64,000 nucleotides of DNA from Eledone cirrhosa (taxonomy: Eukaryota): positions 31,124,001-31,188,000 of the forward strand of contig OZ024741.1 of the NCBI GenBank assembly GCA_964016885.1, given 5' to 3'. The notes under the pieces are model-generated. The model saw nothing but the letters and a program-made list of their open reading frames with translations, was not told the DNA's origin and did not search any database. Made by a program: the position numbers and the translations under genes. Of this stretch, positions 1 through 11,880 are shown in pieces (positions within the stretch are counted from its first letter, which is position 1; every line of letters starts with the position of its first letter).

Positions 1-158
1 GGGAACACGCGGTACGGAATTGGAAAAGATGTCTTTAGATAAAAATAACAGGTCCATTCATGTTGACATCTCTTGCAAATCTGTTGGTGTTAGCATTTTG
101 TGTATGATTTATTTTTTAGAAAACTGGATGATGGAGCGCGTCTACCCGAAATAGAAAG

Positions 159-258
<100 letters not shown>

Positions 259-437
259 CATATTCCCAAATATACTATACATACATTCATGTAAACATAG
301 GTATTTCAGAGCACCAATCATAATACCTAATTTTTGCTGGACGGCAATCGCTCAGTATAATCAGCTCCAGATGATTAATGGAAGTTTATAAGAATCCACC
401 TTCTATAATTTTCGGGGCGAAGGCAGAAGTGTACGTG

Positions 438-476
438 GCTCTGATGATCGCCAACAGCGTGAAACAGACTGTCAGC
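438..476 (+). ncRNA. Minimal type I hammerhead ribozyme motif (PLE-type)
   Basis: GCT-CTGATGA-T-CGC-caaca-GCG-T-GAAA-CAG-a-CTG-TC-AGC: helix I GCT/AGC, helix II CGC/GCG, helix III ACAG/CTGT, GUC triplet at 471-473; ~65 nt tail runs into (TA)n at 540. Confidence 0.8.
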
Positions 477-754
477 TGCACTCCCTTCTTCCGAGGAAAA
501 GAAGTAAGTGACATAGTCACTACTTTAAAACTGATAGCGTATATATATATGTGCATGCAAAAAACCAGAGACTCATATGTACACAAGGGATACATTTAAA
601 CATTTCATCACTCAATCAATGTGATTATAAATCTGTCGTTTCTACTACGTGTATAAATGACAATGAACATATAATATTTCTATATGTATCATCTTAAAAT
701 TGTATAACTAAGAAATAAAGCTCCAATATAAACATAACTGCAAGGCACAGTTAT

Positions 755-795
755 TTAACTTGAGTTTCGGACATTATCAAATCATCGTCAGCTTT
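755..795 (-). ncRNA. Degenerate hammerhead-like motif at a PLE-derived end
   Basis: Minus strand CTGACGA-tgatttgataatgtcc-GAAA-CTCAAG-TT; helices I and II poor. Confidence 0.4.
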
Positions 796-884
796 CAGTG
801 AGAGATTGAATGACTAGATAGTGCGTGTTGCTAAACTTGCTCAGTATCTACACTGGCCGGCATTTATAGATATTTACTTATTGT

Positions 885-3800
885 GGAGGTGCATGGCCTG
901 GTGTCTACAGCGTTGGACTTGCAATCGGGATATTGTGGGTTTTATTTCTGGATCGAATAATGCGTTGTGTTCTTGAGCAAGACACTTTGTTTCATGTTCC
1001 TCCAGTTTACTCAGCTGTAGGAATGAGTTGCCACGTCAATAGTGCCAATCAGTATCGGCCATGGTATTTCCCTTGAACAATATCAATGGCGTGCTGAGGA
1101 GAGACTGGCATGTATGGGAGACTGGTGAGAGGCGTGGTGAGGAGATAGTGGTATGTATGGGAGACTGGTGAGTGGAGTGGAGAGGAGATAGTGGTATGTA
1201 TGGGAGACTGGTGAGTGGAGTGGAGAGGAGATAGTGGTATGTATGGGAGACTGGTGAGTGGAGTGGAGAGGAGAGACTGGCATGTATGGGAGACTGGTGA
1301 GTGGAGTGGAGAGGAGAGACTGGCATGTATGGGAGACTGGTGAGTGGAGTGGAGAGGAGAGACTGGTATGTATGGGAGACTGGTGAGTGGAGTGGAGAGG
1401 AGAGACTGGCATGTATGGGAGACTGGTGAGTGGAGTGGAGAGGAGAGACTGGTATGTATGGGAGACTGGTGAGTGGCGTGGTGAGGAGAGACTGGCATGT
1501 ATGGGAGACTGGTGAGTGGCGTGGAGAGGAGAGACTGGCATGTATGGGAGATTGGTGAGTGGAGTGGAGAGGAGAGACTGGCATGTATGGGAGACTGGTG
1601 AGTGGTGTGGTGAGGAGATACTGGCATCTATGGGTGACTGGTGAGTGGCGTGGTGAGGAGAGACTGGTTTGTATGGGAGACTGGTGAGTGGAGTGGAGAG
1701 GAGAGACTGGCTTGTATGGGAGACTGGTGAGTGGCATGTATGGGAGAGGAGAGACTGGTTTGTATGGGAGAATGGTGAGTGGAGTGGAGAGGAGAGACTG
1801 GCATGTATGGGAGACTGGTGAGTGGCGTGGTGAGGAGAGACTGGTTTGTATGGGAGACTGGTGAGTGGAGTGGAGAGGAGAGACTGGCTTGTATGGGAGA
1901 CTGGTGAGTGGCATGTATGGGAGAGGAGAGACTGGATTGTATGGGAGACTGGTGAGTGGAGTGGAGAGGAGAGACTGGTTTGTATGGGAGACTGGTGAGT
2001 GGAGTGGAGAGGAGAGACTGTTTTGTATGGGTGACTGGTGAGTGGCGGGGAGAGGAGAGACTGGCATGTATGGGAGACTGGCATGTATGGGAGACTGGTG
2101 AGTGGCGTGGTGAGGAGAGACTGGCATGTATGGGAGACTGGTGGGTGGCGTGGTGAGGAGATACTGGCATGTATGGGTGACTGGTGAGAGGCGTGGTGAA
2201 GAGAGACTGGCATGTATGGGAGACTGGTGAGTGGCGTGGTAAGGAGAGACTGGTATGTATGGGAGACTGGTGAATGGCGTGGAGAGGAGAGACTGGATTG
2301 TATGGGAGACTGGTGAGTGGCGTGGAGAGGAGAGACTGGCTTGTATGGGAGACTGGTGAGTGGCGTGGAGAGGAGAGACTGGATTGTATGGGAGACTGGT
2401 GAGTGGCGTGGAGAGGAGAGACTGGCATGTATGGGAGACTGGTGAGTGGAGTGGAGAGGAGAGACTGGTTTGTATGGGAGACTGGTGAGTGGAGTGGAGA
2501 GGAGAGACTGGCATGTATGGGAGACTGGTGAGTGGCGTGGAGAGGAGAGACTGGCATGTATGGGAGACTGGTGAGTGGCGTGGAGAGGAGAGACTGGCAT
2601 GTATGGGTGACTGGTGAGTGGCGGGGAGAGGAGAGACTGGATTGTATGGGAGACTGGTGAGTGGCGTGGAGAGGAGAGACTGGCATGTATGGGAGACTGG
2701 TGAGTGGAGTGGAGAGGAGAGACTGGTTTGTATGGGAGACGGGTGAGTGGAGTGGAGAGGAGAGACTGGCATGTATGGGAGACTGGTGAGTGGCGTGGAG
2801 AGGAGAGACTGGCATGTATGGGAGACTGGTGAGTGGCGTGGAGAGGAGAGACTGGTATGTATGGGAGACTGGTGAGAGGCGTGGTAAGGAGAGACTGGCA
2901 TGTATGGGAGACTGGTGAGAGGCGTGGTAAGGAGAAACTGGCATGTATGGGAGACTGGTGAGAGGCGGGGAGAGGAGAGACTGGCATGTATGGGAGATTG
3001 GTGAGTGGAGAGGAGAGACTGGTATGTATGGGAGACTGGTGAGTGGAGTGGAGAGGAGAGACTGGTATGTATGGGAGACTGGTGAGTGGCGTGGAGAGGA
3101 GAGACTGGTATGTACGGGAGACTGGTGAGAGGCGTGGTAAGGAGAGACTGGCATGTATGGGAGACTGGTGAGAGGCGGGGAGAGTAGAGACTGGCATGTA
3201 TGGGAGATTGGTGAGTGGAGAGGAGAGACTGGTATGTATGGGAGACTGGTGAGTGGAGTGGAGAGGAGAGACTGGTATGTATGGGTGACTGGTGAGTGGA
3301 GTGGAGAGGAGAGACTGGTATGTATGGGAGACTGGTGAGTGGCGGGGAGAGGAGAGACTGGCATGTATGGGAGATTGGTGAGTGGAGAGGAGAGACTGGT
3401 ATATATGGGAGACTGGTGAGTGGAGTGGAGAGGAGATAGTGGTATGTATGGGAAACTGGTGAGTGGCGTGGAGAGGAGAGACTGGTTTGTATGGGAGACT
3501 GGTGAGTGGAGTGGAGAGGAGATAGTGGTATGTATGGGAAACTGGTGAGTGGCGTGGAGAGGAGAGACTGGTTTGTATGGGAGACTGGTGAGTGGAGAGG
3601 AGAGACTGGTATGTATGGGAGACTGGTGAGTGGAGAGGAGAGACTGGTATGTATGGGAGACTGGTGAGTGGCGTGGTGAGGAGAGACTGGTTTGTATGGG
3701 TGACTGGTGAGTGGCGGGGAGAGGAGAAACTGGTATGTATGGATGACTGGTGAGTGGCGTGGAGAAGAGATACTGGTATGTATGGGAGACTGGTGAGTGG

Positions 3801-4059
3801 AGTGGAGAGGAGATAGTGGCATGTATGGGTGACTGGTGAGTGGCGGGGAGAGGAGAGACTGGCATGTATGGGAGATTGGTGAGTGGAGAGGAGAGACTGG
3901 TATATATGGGAGACTGGTGAGTGGCGTGGAGAGGAGAGAATGGCCTGTTATGTGTGACTGCTGGTCTTCTACAAACAAACCTTGCCTAGGCTTGTGACTC
4001 AGACGGGAACATTCTAGATGGAAGACTATGCTTATTCGTGGCCGAAGTGGGTGAATTGA
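885..4059 (+). mobile_element. tRNA-derived SINE interrupted by an internally expanded minisatellite
   Basis: tRNA-like head GGAGGTGCATGGCCTGGTG, body to ~1086, body resumes ~3920-4053; flanking direct repeat TACTTATTGT at 875-884 and 4060-4069 (TSD-like). Confidence 0.75.
1087..3940 (+). repeat. 43-bp G-rich minisatellite, about 66 units
   Basis: Unit GAGTGGAGAGGAGAGACTGGCATGTATGGGAGACTGGTGAGTG with 38-bp deletion variants; ~210-bp higher-order repeat around 2940-3340. Confidence 0.98.
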
Positions 4060-4175
4060 TACTTATTGTTTTATCATGGATTGATAATTTATAAATAACC
4101 CCCACTCGACATCACCACGTACACTAACACACACATAGACACACACACACACACACACATACACACACACACACG

Positions 4176-4212
<37 letters not shown>

Positions 4213-4213
<1 letters not shown>

Positions 4214-4317
4214 GAAGTAATAACCCAACAGTTAGTTCACCATATCGAGAACGATTGTTTCACCTTAAGCGGATCTTGATCTCGGACTGAAGATCCGCTT
4301 AAGGCGAACCAATTGTT
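4213..4317. mobile_element. Mini fold-back of HHR family A
   Basis: AACGATTGTTTCACCTTAAGCGGATCTT (4250-4277) is inverted against AAGATCCGCTTAAGGCGAACCAATTGTT (4290-4317); homologous to 4788-4935 and 27693-27845. Confidence 0.7.
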
Positions 4318-4326
4318 GTTGTTTTT

Positions 4327-4408
4327 TTACTGACAGGATCTACTGAAAGGCATGATTAAGTATTTGCTCCCACGATCCTCCCAGGAAGGAATAAGTGAGC
4401 CAAGAACA
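4327..4408 (+). mobile_element. 3' terminal fragment of RTE-type LINE
   Basis: Close match to 27614-27683, the end of the RTE-like fragment. Confidence 0.6.
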
Positions 4409-4737
4409 TATATTTTCTTTTCACTTCTTAAACCTTGTATGTATATAACACTATTCTTTCTGCACTTTCTGTTTAACATGTGCGACACCTCACTAATACA
4501 TTTCACTATCATTTCATAATGCATTTAAATGCAGAAACCGGTAATAGACAATAATTAAATATATAAATAGATAAATAAATGCCATTGTTAAATAATAAAT
4601 AAATCAACTAATACCTTAACACTTCACACAAAGTAAAACATTTCTTTTTAATCATTTTCTAACCCAGAAAAAAGAGAGAGGCACAAAAAAAGGAAAAAAT
4701 ATATTTTTCTTCCTCATAATCGTCTCTTTCTCCCTCT

Positions 4738-4787
<50 letters not shown>

Positions 4788-4790
<3 letters not shown>

Positions 4791-4935
4791 TAGTTCCACC
4801 TCGGTCTGAAGATCCGCATAAGGTGAAACAATTGTTCTCTGTATGCTGGTCTAACTGTTGTGTTACTACTTCTACCAAACTGGTACCATGGACTGAGTGC
4901 TCTACGACTACGGATATTACCTTCCAGAGTTCTAC
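4788..4935 (+). mobile_element. HHR family A short element
   Basis: CTGAAGA-T-CC-gcataa-GG-T-GAAA-CAATTG-TT (4806-4836), palindromic helix III ACAATTGT; flanked by (TA)n. Confidence 0.65.
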
Positions 4936-4968
4936 CCCCCCCTCTCTCTATATATCTATATATCTATA

Positions 4969-5008
<40 letters not shown>

Positions 5009-6052
5009 GAAACCCACATATACACAAAGAATGAAAAATATGCAGTAATGGTCGGTGTAGATTTTAATCTTCCTTCTCTCACCGAGAGAATTTAACGAAT
5101 ATTCGTTTCCCCTTCTGAACTTAACCGTCAATGCCTGTATGTGTGTTTTACAACATTTCAGATGAGTTTATTCATCACATATTATACAAAGGTTTGATCA
5201 ATATCATACCAGTCACAACCATCTAGTGTAAATTGATAGATCTGTCATGCTACCACTTTAAAGCAGGTCTGTTTTAATTTCACTCTAATATGGATGTTAT
5301 ATGGATGTGTGTGAGTATTGGTGTGAGTATGTGTGTGAGTGTCTGTATCTACATCTGTTCACGTTTGTGTGTGCGTTTGCGGGTGGGTGTGGATGTTTGT
5401 TACGTCTGAAATTCTGAATTTCTGTCTGTAACTTAGCAGTTCCCGCAAAAATAAGAGATTGATAAATTAAGTACCAAATAATGTATAGGAGTTGATATGA
5501 TCGACTGAATAATGATGGTGGACTGGCATAGCAACAGTCTAATGATTAATACCTGTAAAAGCATTATAGAATATGTGTTTATATGTGTATGTGTATGTGT
5601 ATGTGTGTGGGTGGGTGGGGGTCTGTGTGTCTGTCTGTGTATGTGTGTTTGTGTTTGTGTGTGTATGTGCGTGTATTCCTTCAAGTATCCATACATACAT
5701 CCTGCTGGCATCCATTACACATCAGAGAAATTCACTCCCAATTACAATCACATCACATCACACATATGTTAATCGTTACATAGTGTGATGCTAAGTCCTT
5801 TTAGAGGTGATAATAGCCTGAAATATGTTATGAAAGAGATAACATTAGCGCCAATATATTGGTCCACAGCTTGTCTAGTATAAATCGACGGTATTGTAAA
5901 CCAAAAGGACAATACTTAGAGCGTGAATTATATTATCATAAATTTTCCTTTCTTTACACATGACTGAACTACCCAATGGTTAATGTTCTTCACTCACCCC
6001 GTCTCTCTCTTTATCTGTGTGTCCCTCATTCACTTTGTCTCCCTACACACAC

Positions 6053-6154
<102 letters not shown>

Positions 6155-6173
6155 ATATATATATATATGTATG

Positions 6174-6204
<31 letters not shown>

Positions 6205-6279
6205 GTATATATATATGTATATATATATATATATATATGTACAGCGAAAGAGAAAAAAGGGAGAAGATAGAATATACGC

Positions 6280-6323
<44 letters not shown>

Positions 6324-6988
6324 GATATATATATATATATTGTGTGTGTGTGAGTGTGTGTGTGCGTGAACGCGTCTATGCCGGTTAAATGATAATGTTT
6401 CAAGTATCGGTGCGCCATCTGTTGGTTAGAAATCATAATTGATTGATGTTTCCAATTCAATCGTACGGACGTATATAAAAGAGATAAAAACAGATAGCTG
6501 TAGAGTGATTAAGTAAGCGGGATAGGGTGAGTGTGGGGCGGTAGAAAGAGAGTGAGAGATGAAAGAGTTACATACTGCAGTAAGAGTCGATGAGGCTGTT
6601 AACAGGATGGTAATGTTGCTGTCATGGAGATAGATATGCAGTAAGTGTTTTATTTCGTAACTGATAGTTAGGCCTTCATGTTCGAACAAATTAACTCCCA
6701 TCAATGTAGCTATTCAACGTGAGAACTATACAATCTATATTGCACTGAAATTAAACCAGGTCTATTTAACAAAAAAGGAACTATGGCACGTTGATCCGTG
6801 TAATACCAGATATATAAAATATGAGATGGCTATGACATAAATTTGATGAAAGTTTTGCTCATTCAGTGATGAATTGTGTCTGCAACAACAATAAGTTGTG
6901 TTTTTCATGTTTAATTTCAAAACCAGCTGATATAAATGTAACTAATCAGTGTTTGAGGTGTATGAAGCAATCCATTACCTAATATGTA

Positions 6989-7535
6989 TGGGGTACACTC
7001 AAGAGTTTTTTTTTTCTTTTCAAATTGACCTACGTATCTGTCACTCTAATTCAACCATGCTAAATCTGTTTTCCAGGCTGAATTTTCAGGCCACTGCAGT
7101 ACTTTAAACACTACCTGATTCACATGTCTTGTCACAGCTAACAGGTTCCACAATGTAGTCCGGGCGTGAGAACAACTTGGGGCCTCAATGTGCAAAACGT
7201 TTTGTGTCAAGATCGGTAAAAACGCCGCAGAAAACTATGAAATGGTCCAAACCGTTTACGGACTATCTTTCCTCTGACATCTGGATGTTACCGAAGCTGA
7301 AGAAGAATCTCAGGGGTATCCAATTTGAAGATGTGGAGGGGATGAAGGAGGCTGTTACAAATGGCCTGAATACCTTCAATTTGGAAGAGGCAAGGTCACC
7401 TTTCGGATGTGTATGGAGTGCTATAAATGAATTGAAGTTGGAGGATACTACTTAGAGGGAAATCAGTGTTTTGTGTTGATCTGAGTTAAATAAACGTCTC
7501 TCTCTGATAAATGTCGGCCCCTTGAGTGTACCTCG
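6989..7535 (+). mobile_element. Internally deleted Tc1/mariner DNA transposon
   Basis: TIRs TGGGGTACACTCAAG / CTTGAGTGTACCTCG with TA on both sides; ORF 7177-7455 has mariner C-terminal-like DIWMLPKLKKNLRGIQFEDVEGMKEAVT. Confidence 0.8.
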
Positions 7536-8529
7536 TAATTTTCTGACGTAATTTTCAATCTGGAACAGGATTTCTTTCCATGTCTATTGCCAACAGGCAA
7601 TAGACATGGAAAGTTCTCCCATCGGAACTACTACATATCTAGGACTTTGAATAAATATCATAAAATATTAAACTTAACATTGATAATATATAACCTTAAA
7701 TTGAGTACACGAATATTGACGTGCAGATTAACCGTAATACTCAACTCACAATTCGGTGGGGTCTACTGAAGTCGGAGGACTTAGGGAACGAACCCACGAT
7801 GTCAAGGCGAGTGAGGCAGTGCATGGCGTTGGCGAGGGGCGTCGGAACGAACGGTCGACTACTGCATCTATATTCTAGCTTCTTCTTGGATTGGACTTTT
7901 CATATTCTCTGCCGTATAAATTGCCAGTTGAATATTATATATCTGGCAATGCTACCACTCAATCACCGAGACACTTCTATGTTTCAAACGTTTTTTTAAT
8001 TGGAAATATTTTACTTTCAGTTCCTTAATGTCATACGTGTTTATACGGATGTACCAATGTGCGGAAATCTATTGTATCATAGGATAACTGGTTTGGTTAA
8101 TTGGTCAATTATGAAAGAATAATTGTTACTTTAATTTATTTCTTTATTTTCATATTTATCTGTATCAATAACTAATCAAATATCCATATAGATACTTAAA
8201 AAAACTCAGATTACATTTATTGTATTCAGCCATTTAGAGCGATAGACTATATGTTAGTTATTTGAATATGGCAAAGCCGGTCATTAAGTGCGCGTATACT
8301 TATTCGCCTCTCTGCTCATATGCAAATCTGGCTGATCAGCGAGTCTTCTAATATGCAGTCCTGACTGATCGGTCAGTCTGCTAATATGCAAATCAGGCCG
8401 ACCAGCCACTGTATATTTTATTTCACATTGTTCCTTCTACCTTGAGTTGCAACCAATAGAGAGTATTGCGACCAATAGAGAAGATCAGCGGAAACATTGT
8501 TTCCTCGGTCCGTTTTGACGAAAGTTGAC

Positions 8530-8570
<41 letters not shown>

Positions 8571-8571
<1 letters not shown>

Positions 8572-8619
8572 CTTCCTGATGATTTCTCACGAATGAAACA
8601 GTTCTAGTCCTGTAGAAGT
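8571..8619 (+). ncRNA. Minimal type I hammerhead ribozyme motif
   Basis: GCTTC-CTGATGA-T-TTC-tcac-GAA-T-GAAA-CAG-ttctagtc-CTG-TA-GAAGT; all three helices pair, GUA triplet; ~85 nt tail to (TA)n at 8703. Confidence 0.8.
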
Positions 8620-8699
8620 TATTCTATATTAAAACTTTTATACTCTGCTATGTATTGAGTACCTTATTACTGTGGTTACCTCCGATTCAACCCGGAATA

Positions 8700-8838
<139 letters not shown>

Positions 8839-9459
8839 ATATATATATATATATACTCGAAAGTATTCGGCAAGCTGATGTACAGAGATGACCGTATATA
8901 CATATACATAATCTGACAGACACTTTATCCTTACCTTGCGACTGGAAGCCAGTTTCGTTCAAAACATATCGAACACCTAAATCAAAAACACATTTCATTT
9001 CCAATGCGAGACCGATGGAATGATAAGAATTTACCAATTCAAAAAGACATCATTTAATTTGCAATATCATTTTTATTAACTAGCAGAAAATAAACATTTT
9101 TAAAATTTTGTTTTCTCCCACCGTAGATATAATTCTTCTCACAGATTAAATCCATATAATGGTTAATGTGGAAAACAGAAAATTTAACACAGCAATGATG
9201 TCGCTTTATATGCAATATTTGCTACATAACTAAAACTTTAGAAATATTTCTATTGATTAACACAATAAAGTTAAATGTGTGGATTAGCTAGTTTAATATT
9301 TGTTAGTAAACAGCTGACAGCCGTGTACAGAACATTTTCCGCTTGTCGATTATGATAACTCATTCTCTCCTATTTCTTGTCTATATTCTTTTGTGAATAT
9401 CAAGAAAGGAATATTTAAGTCTTGTTGAACACAAACCAAAACTACTTCGCCTGGCGGCC

Positions 9460-9497
<38 letters not shown>

Positions 9498-9541
9498 CAG
9501 AATAATAATAAATGAAGACATTCACATAATCAAAATATATG

Positions 9542-9603
9542 TTTTATTATATATATTTCGAAGGTACTGTGCTGTTTTTTCAGTACGTCCTCGTCAGATA
9601 AAA
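9542..9603 (-). ncRNA. Type I hammerhead ribozyme motif in left PLE arm
   Basis: TTTTAT-CTGACGA-GGAC-GTACTG-loop-CAGTAC-CTTC-GAAA-TATATAT-A-ATAAAA; helix I 6 bp, palindromic helix III ATATATAT. Confidence 0.8.
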
Positions 9604-11160
9604 TACATGAATTGATGTATGACATACCTCAACTGTCTTGATAGTTCAATTCCAGTATTGGCAGTGATTTATTACAACAAATCTCAACATTTATATACCA
9701 CAAATAATAACATGATACACTTACATTTTAAGAAGAAGAGGATGTGGAGCGAGGGGGTGAATATGGGGAAATGCAAGAAGAAAATAAGTAAAACATACAT
9801 AAATAAATATTTAATTGAGTTAAATAAAAGTATTGGGGAATAAATATATACAAAAGAAAAAGGAAGAGAGAGAGAAGAGAGAATAAGAAATAAGAAATAA
9901 CGACATAACGATAGAAAGAAAGAAATGATGTGAATATGTATAGAGACCGTTGTTTTCAAATATTAAGTCAAATTGAGGCAACCAATTAGATAACATGACA
10001 TTTTTAATATCTTTTGTATTTTAGTTATGTTTAAGCTAATTATACTTATATAGTATATCAAAAATAAAAATAAAACAATAAAAAGAGAAAAATGTTCTTC
10101 TATAGCCATCAGATATATAGTTTAATTAAGTAATATATTCATTAAATATTTTGTTATAATATCTAAAAATATTTTTATCTTTAAAGCATATTTAAATAGT
10201 AATTAAATATGTATAAATATATCTATTAAAACATGCATATATCATCATCAGTATATATATTATATATTATCATATTTAATATATATACTGAATATATTAT
10301 CTGAATTATTCTATTTTCTTTATAAAATCATTTCTTTATAAATTCATTGATTGTCATTTCATTACAGGATTAATTTGTAGTTATATTTAATTTCAAAACT
10401 TTTAATTTTTTCTAATTTACTTCAATAATTACTTATTATATATAGTTTCACTTTAAAGATTACCATATATTATTAGACTGATATAAATCATGTTAAATAT
10501 ACTTAAGCAAGCTATTCGGACAGAACAAAAATATTTACAAAGAATGTAAACAAAGGAAGGTAACTCGTTCATCTTATGTGAACATTTAAAACATTTAAGT
10601 ATTTTGAAAAACACAAACGATATTTCAAAACGCAAATCAAGAAATTTCTAGTTAAACAATGACCTTTCTAAATGCAAACATAGGATACTGAGATATATCA
10701 TGAGATTAATTTACTAGATAAAAGTGGCAAACAATTTTTACCGGTAAGGCAAAACGTTATATATATAATTTTTTAAGAATTATTAATAGACAATATTTTT
10801 TCGAAATTTGTATAATGTTTGCAACGTTCTTCCAGACTTATGTTGACAGCTACTAAATCATTCATTTTTCTTATTAATTAAATTACCATAATTTGTAATT
10901 ATCAATAGAGTCTCTAAATTGTAAAAATTGCAATTTAGTTAAATGGATGCATTCCGGTAGGAATCAGAATTGATTAACTTACTCAAAGAAATTGAGTATT
11001 TGATATTTTTTTCTTTCAAAGACCATATTAATTGTGAGAGTGATGTTGAAATTTTTTTATCTGGATTATAAAAAGAATGTTTATAATTGTAAAAACGAAA
11101 CTTAAACTTAGATGAAGTGGCACCAATGTAGTTATATGTATTATTATTATTAGTTTTAAT

Positions 11161-11334
11161 TGGCAGTATCGGTAGAGAGATGGACACCATGGTTTCTAGC
11201 ATAGTTACGTCCCTTTACAGTCTGAGTTCAAATCCCGCCGAGGTTAACTTTGCCTTCCATCCTTACGGGTTCGATAAAATAAAGTACCGGTAATGTACTG
11301 GGTAATTGCTGGCTTTGTGCCTAAAGTAGAAACA
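11161..11334 (+). mobile_element. SINE (dominant family) inserted in the PLE endonuclease
   Basis: Matches other copies; 15-bp TSD ATTATTAGTTTTAAT at 11146-11160 and 11335-11349. Confidence 0.9.
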
Positions 11335-11861
11335 ATTATTAGTTTTAATGGTACATTTATACACTAGATTTTGTCTAGGCAGTTATTTTCTAAAGGGCAT
11401 TCAGATTTCCTTCTACAGTTACAATTCATTTCGATGTTATTTCTATTCGTATTATTACTATTATTTAGAGGTGTTCTACTATTATTTGTATTGAAACTAT
11501 TATTATTGTTATTCCAATTAACTAATGTATTATTATTATTATTATTGTTATTATCGCTAATTATATGTTGGTTCAAATTAAGATTTTTACTATTTATTTT
11601 TGCTATATTTTGAGCAACATTCATAGTTGTTGAATAAGAGAGTTTAACTGTGTGTCTATTGAAGATAGAGTAATACTTATGTGATCTAGGGAAACATTTA
11701 TCCAAGGCTTTAAAAAATAAATGTGCTAAATGTGTTTTAATAGCTAAAGATGCTGGCGGAGCATACCAATATATAGATCTAGTCCTTACTTTGTTCCCCA
11801 ATTTATTCCTCGAGTTGTTGTTTTTACAGTCAATTCTGTTATTATTATTATTATGAATTCT

Positions 11862-11880
11862 TGTGCCAAAAGTAGAAACA
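11862..11880 (+). mobile_element. Extremely 5'-truncated SINE (3' terminal ~20 nt)
   Basis: TGTGCCAAAAGTAGAAACA between near-identical ATTATTATTATGA(A/T)TTCT repeats. Confidence 0.7.

Noticed and set aside
1087-3940. CRISPR-like array
   Set aside because: Units are contiguous with no unique spacers; eukaryotic context and no cas genes.
1036-3978. 980, 745 and 704 aa Ser/Pro/His/Thr-rich ORFs
   Set aside because: The C-rich strand of a 43-bp repeat lacks stops in all three frames, and the same peptide cycles through frames; artefact.
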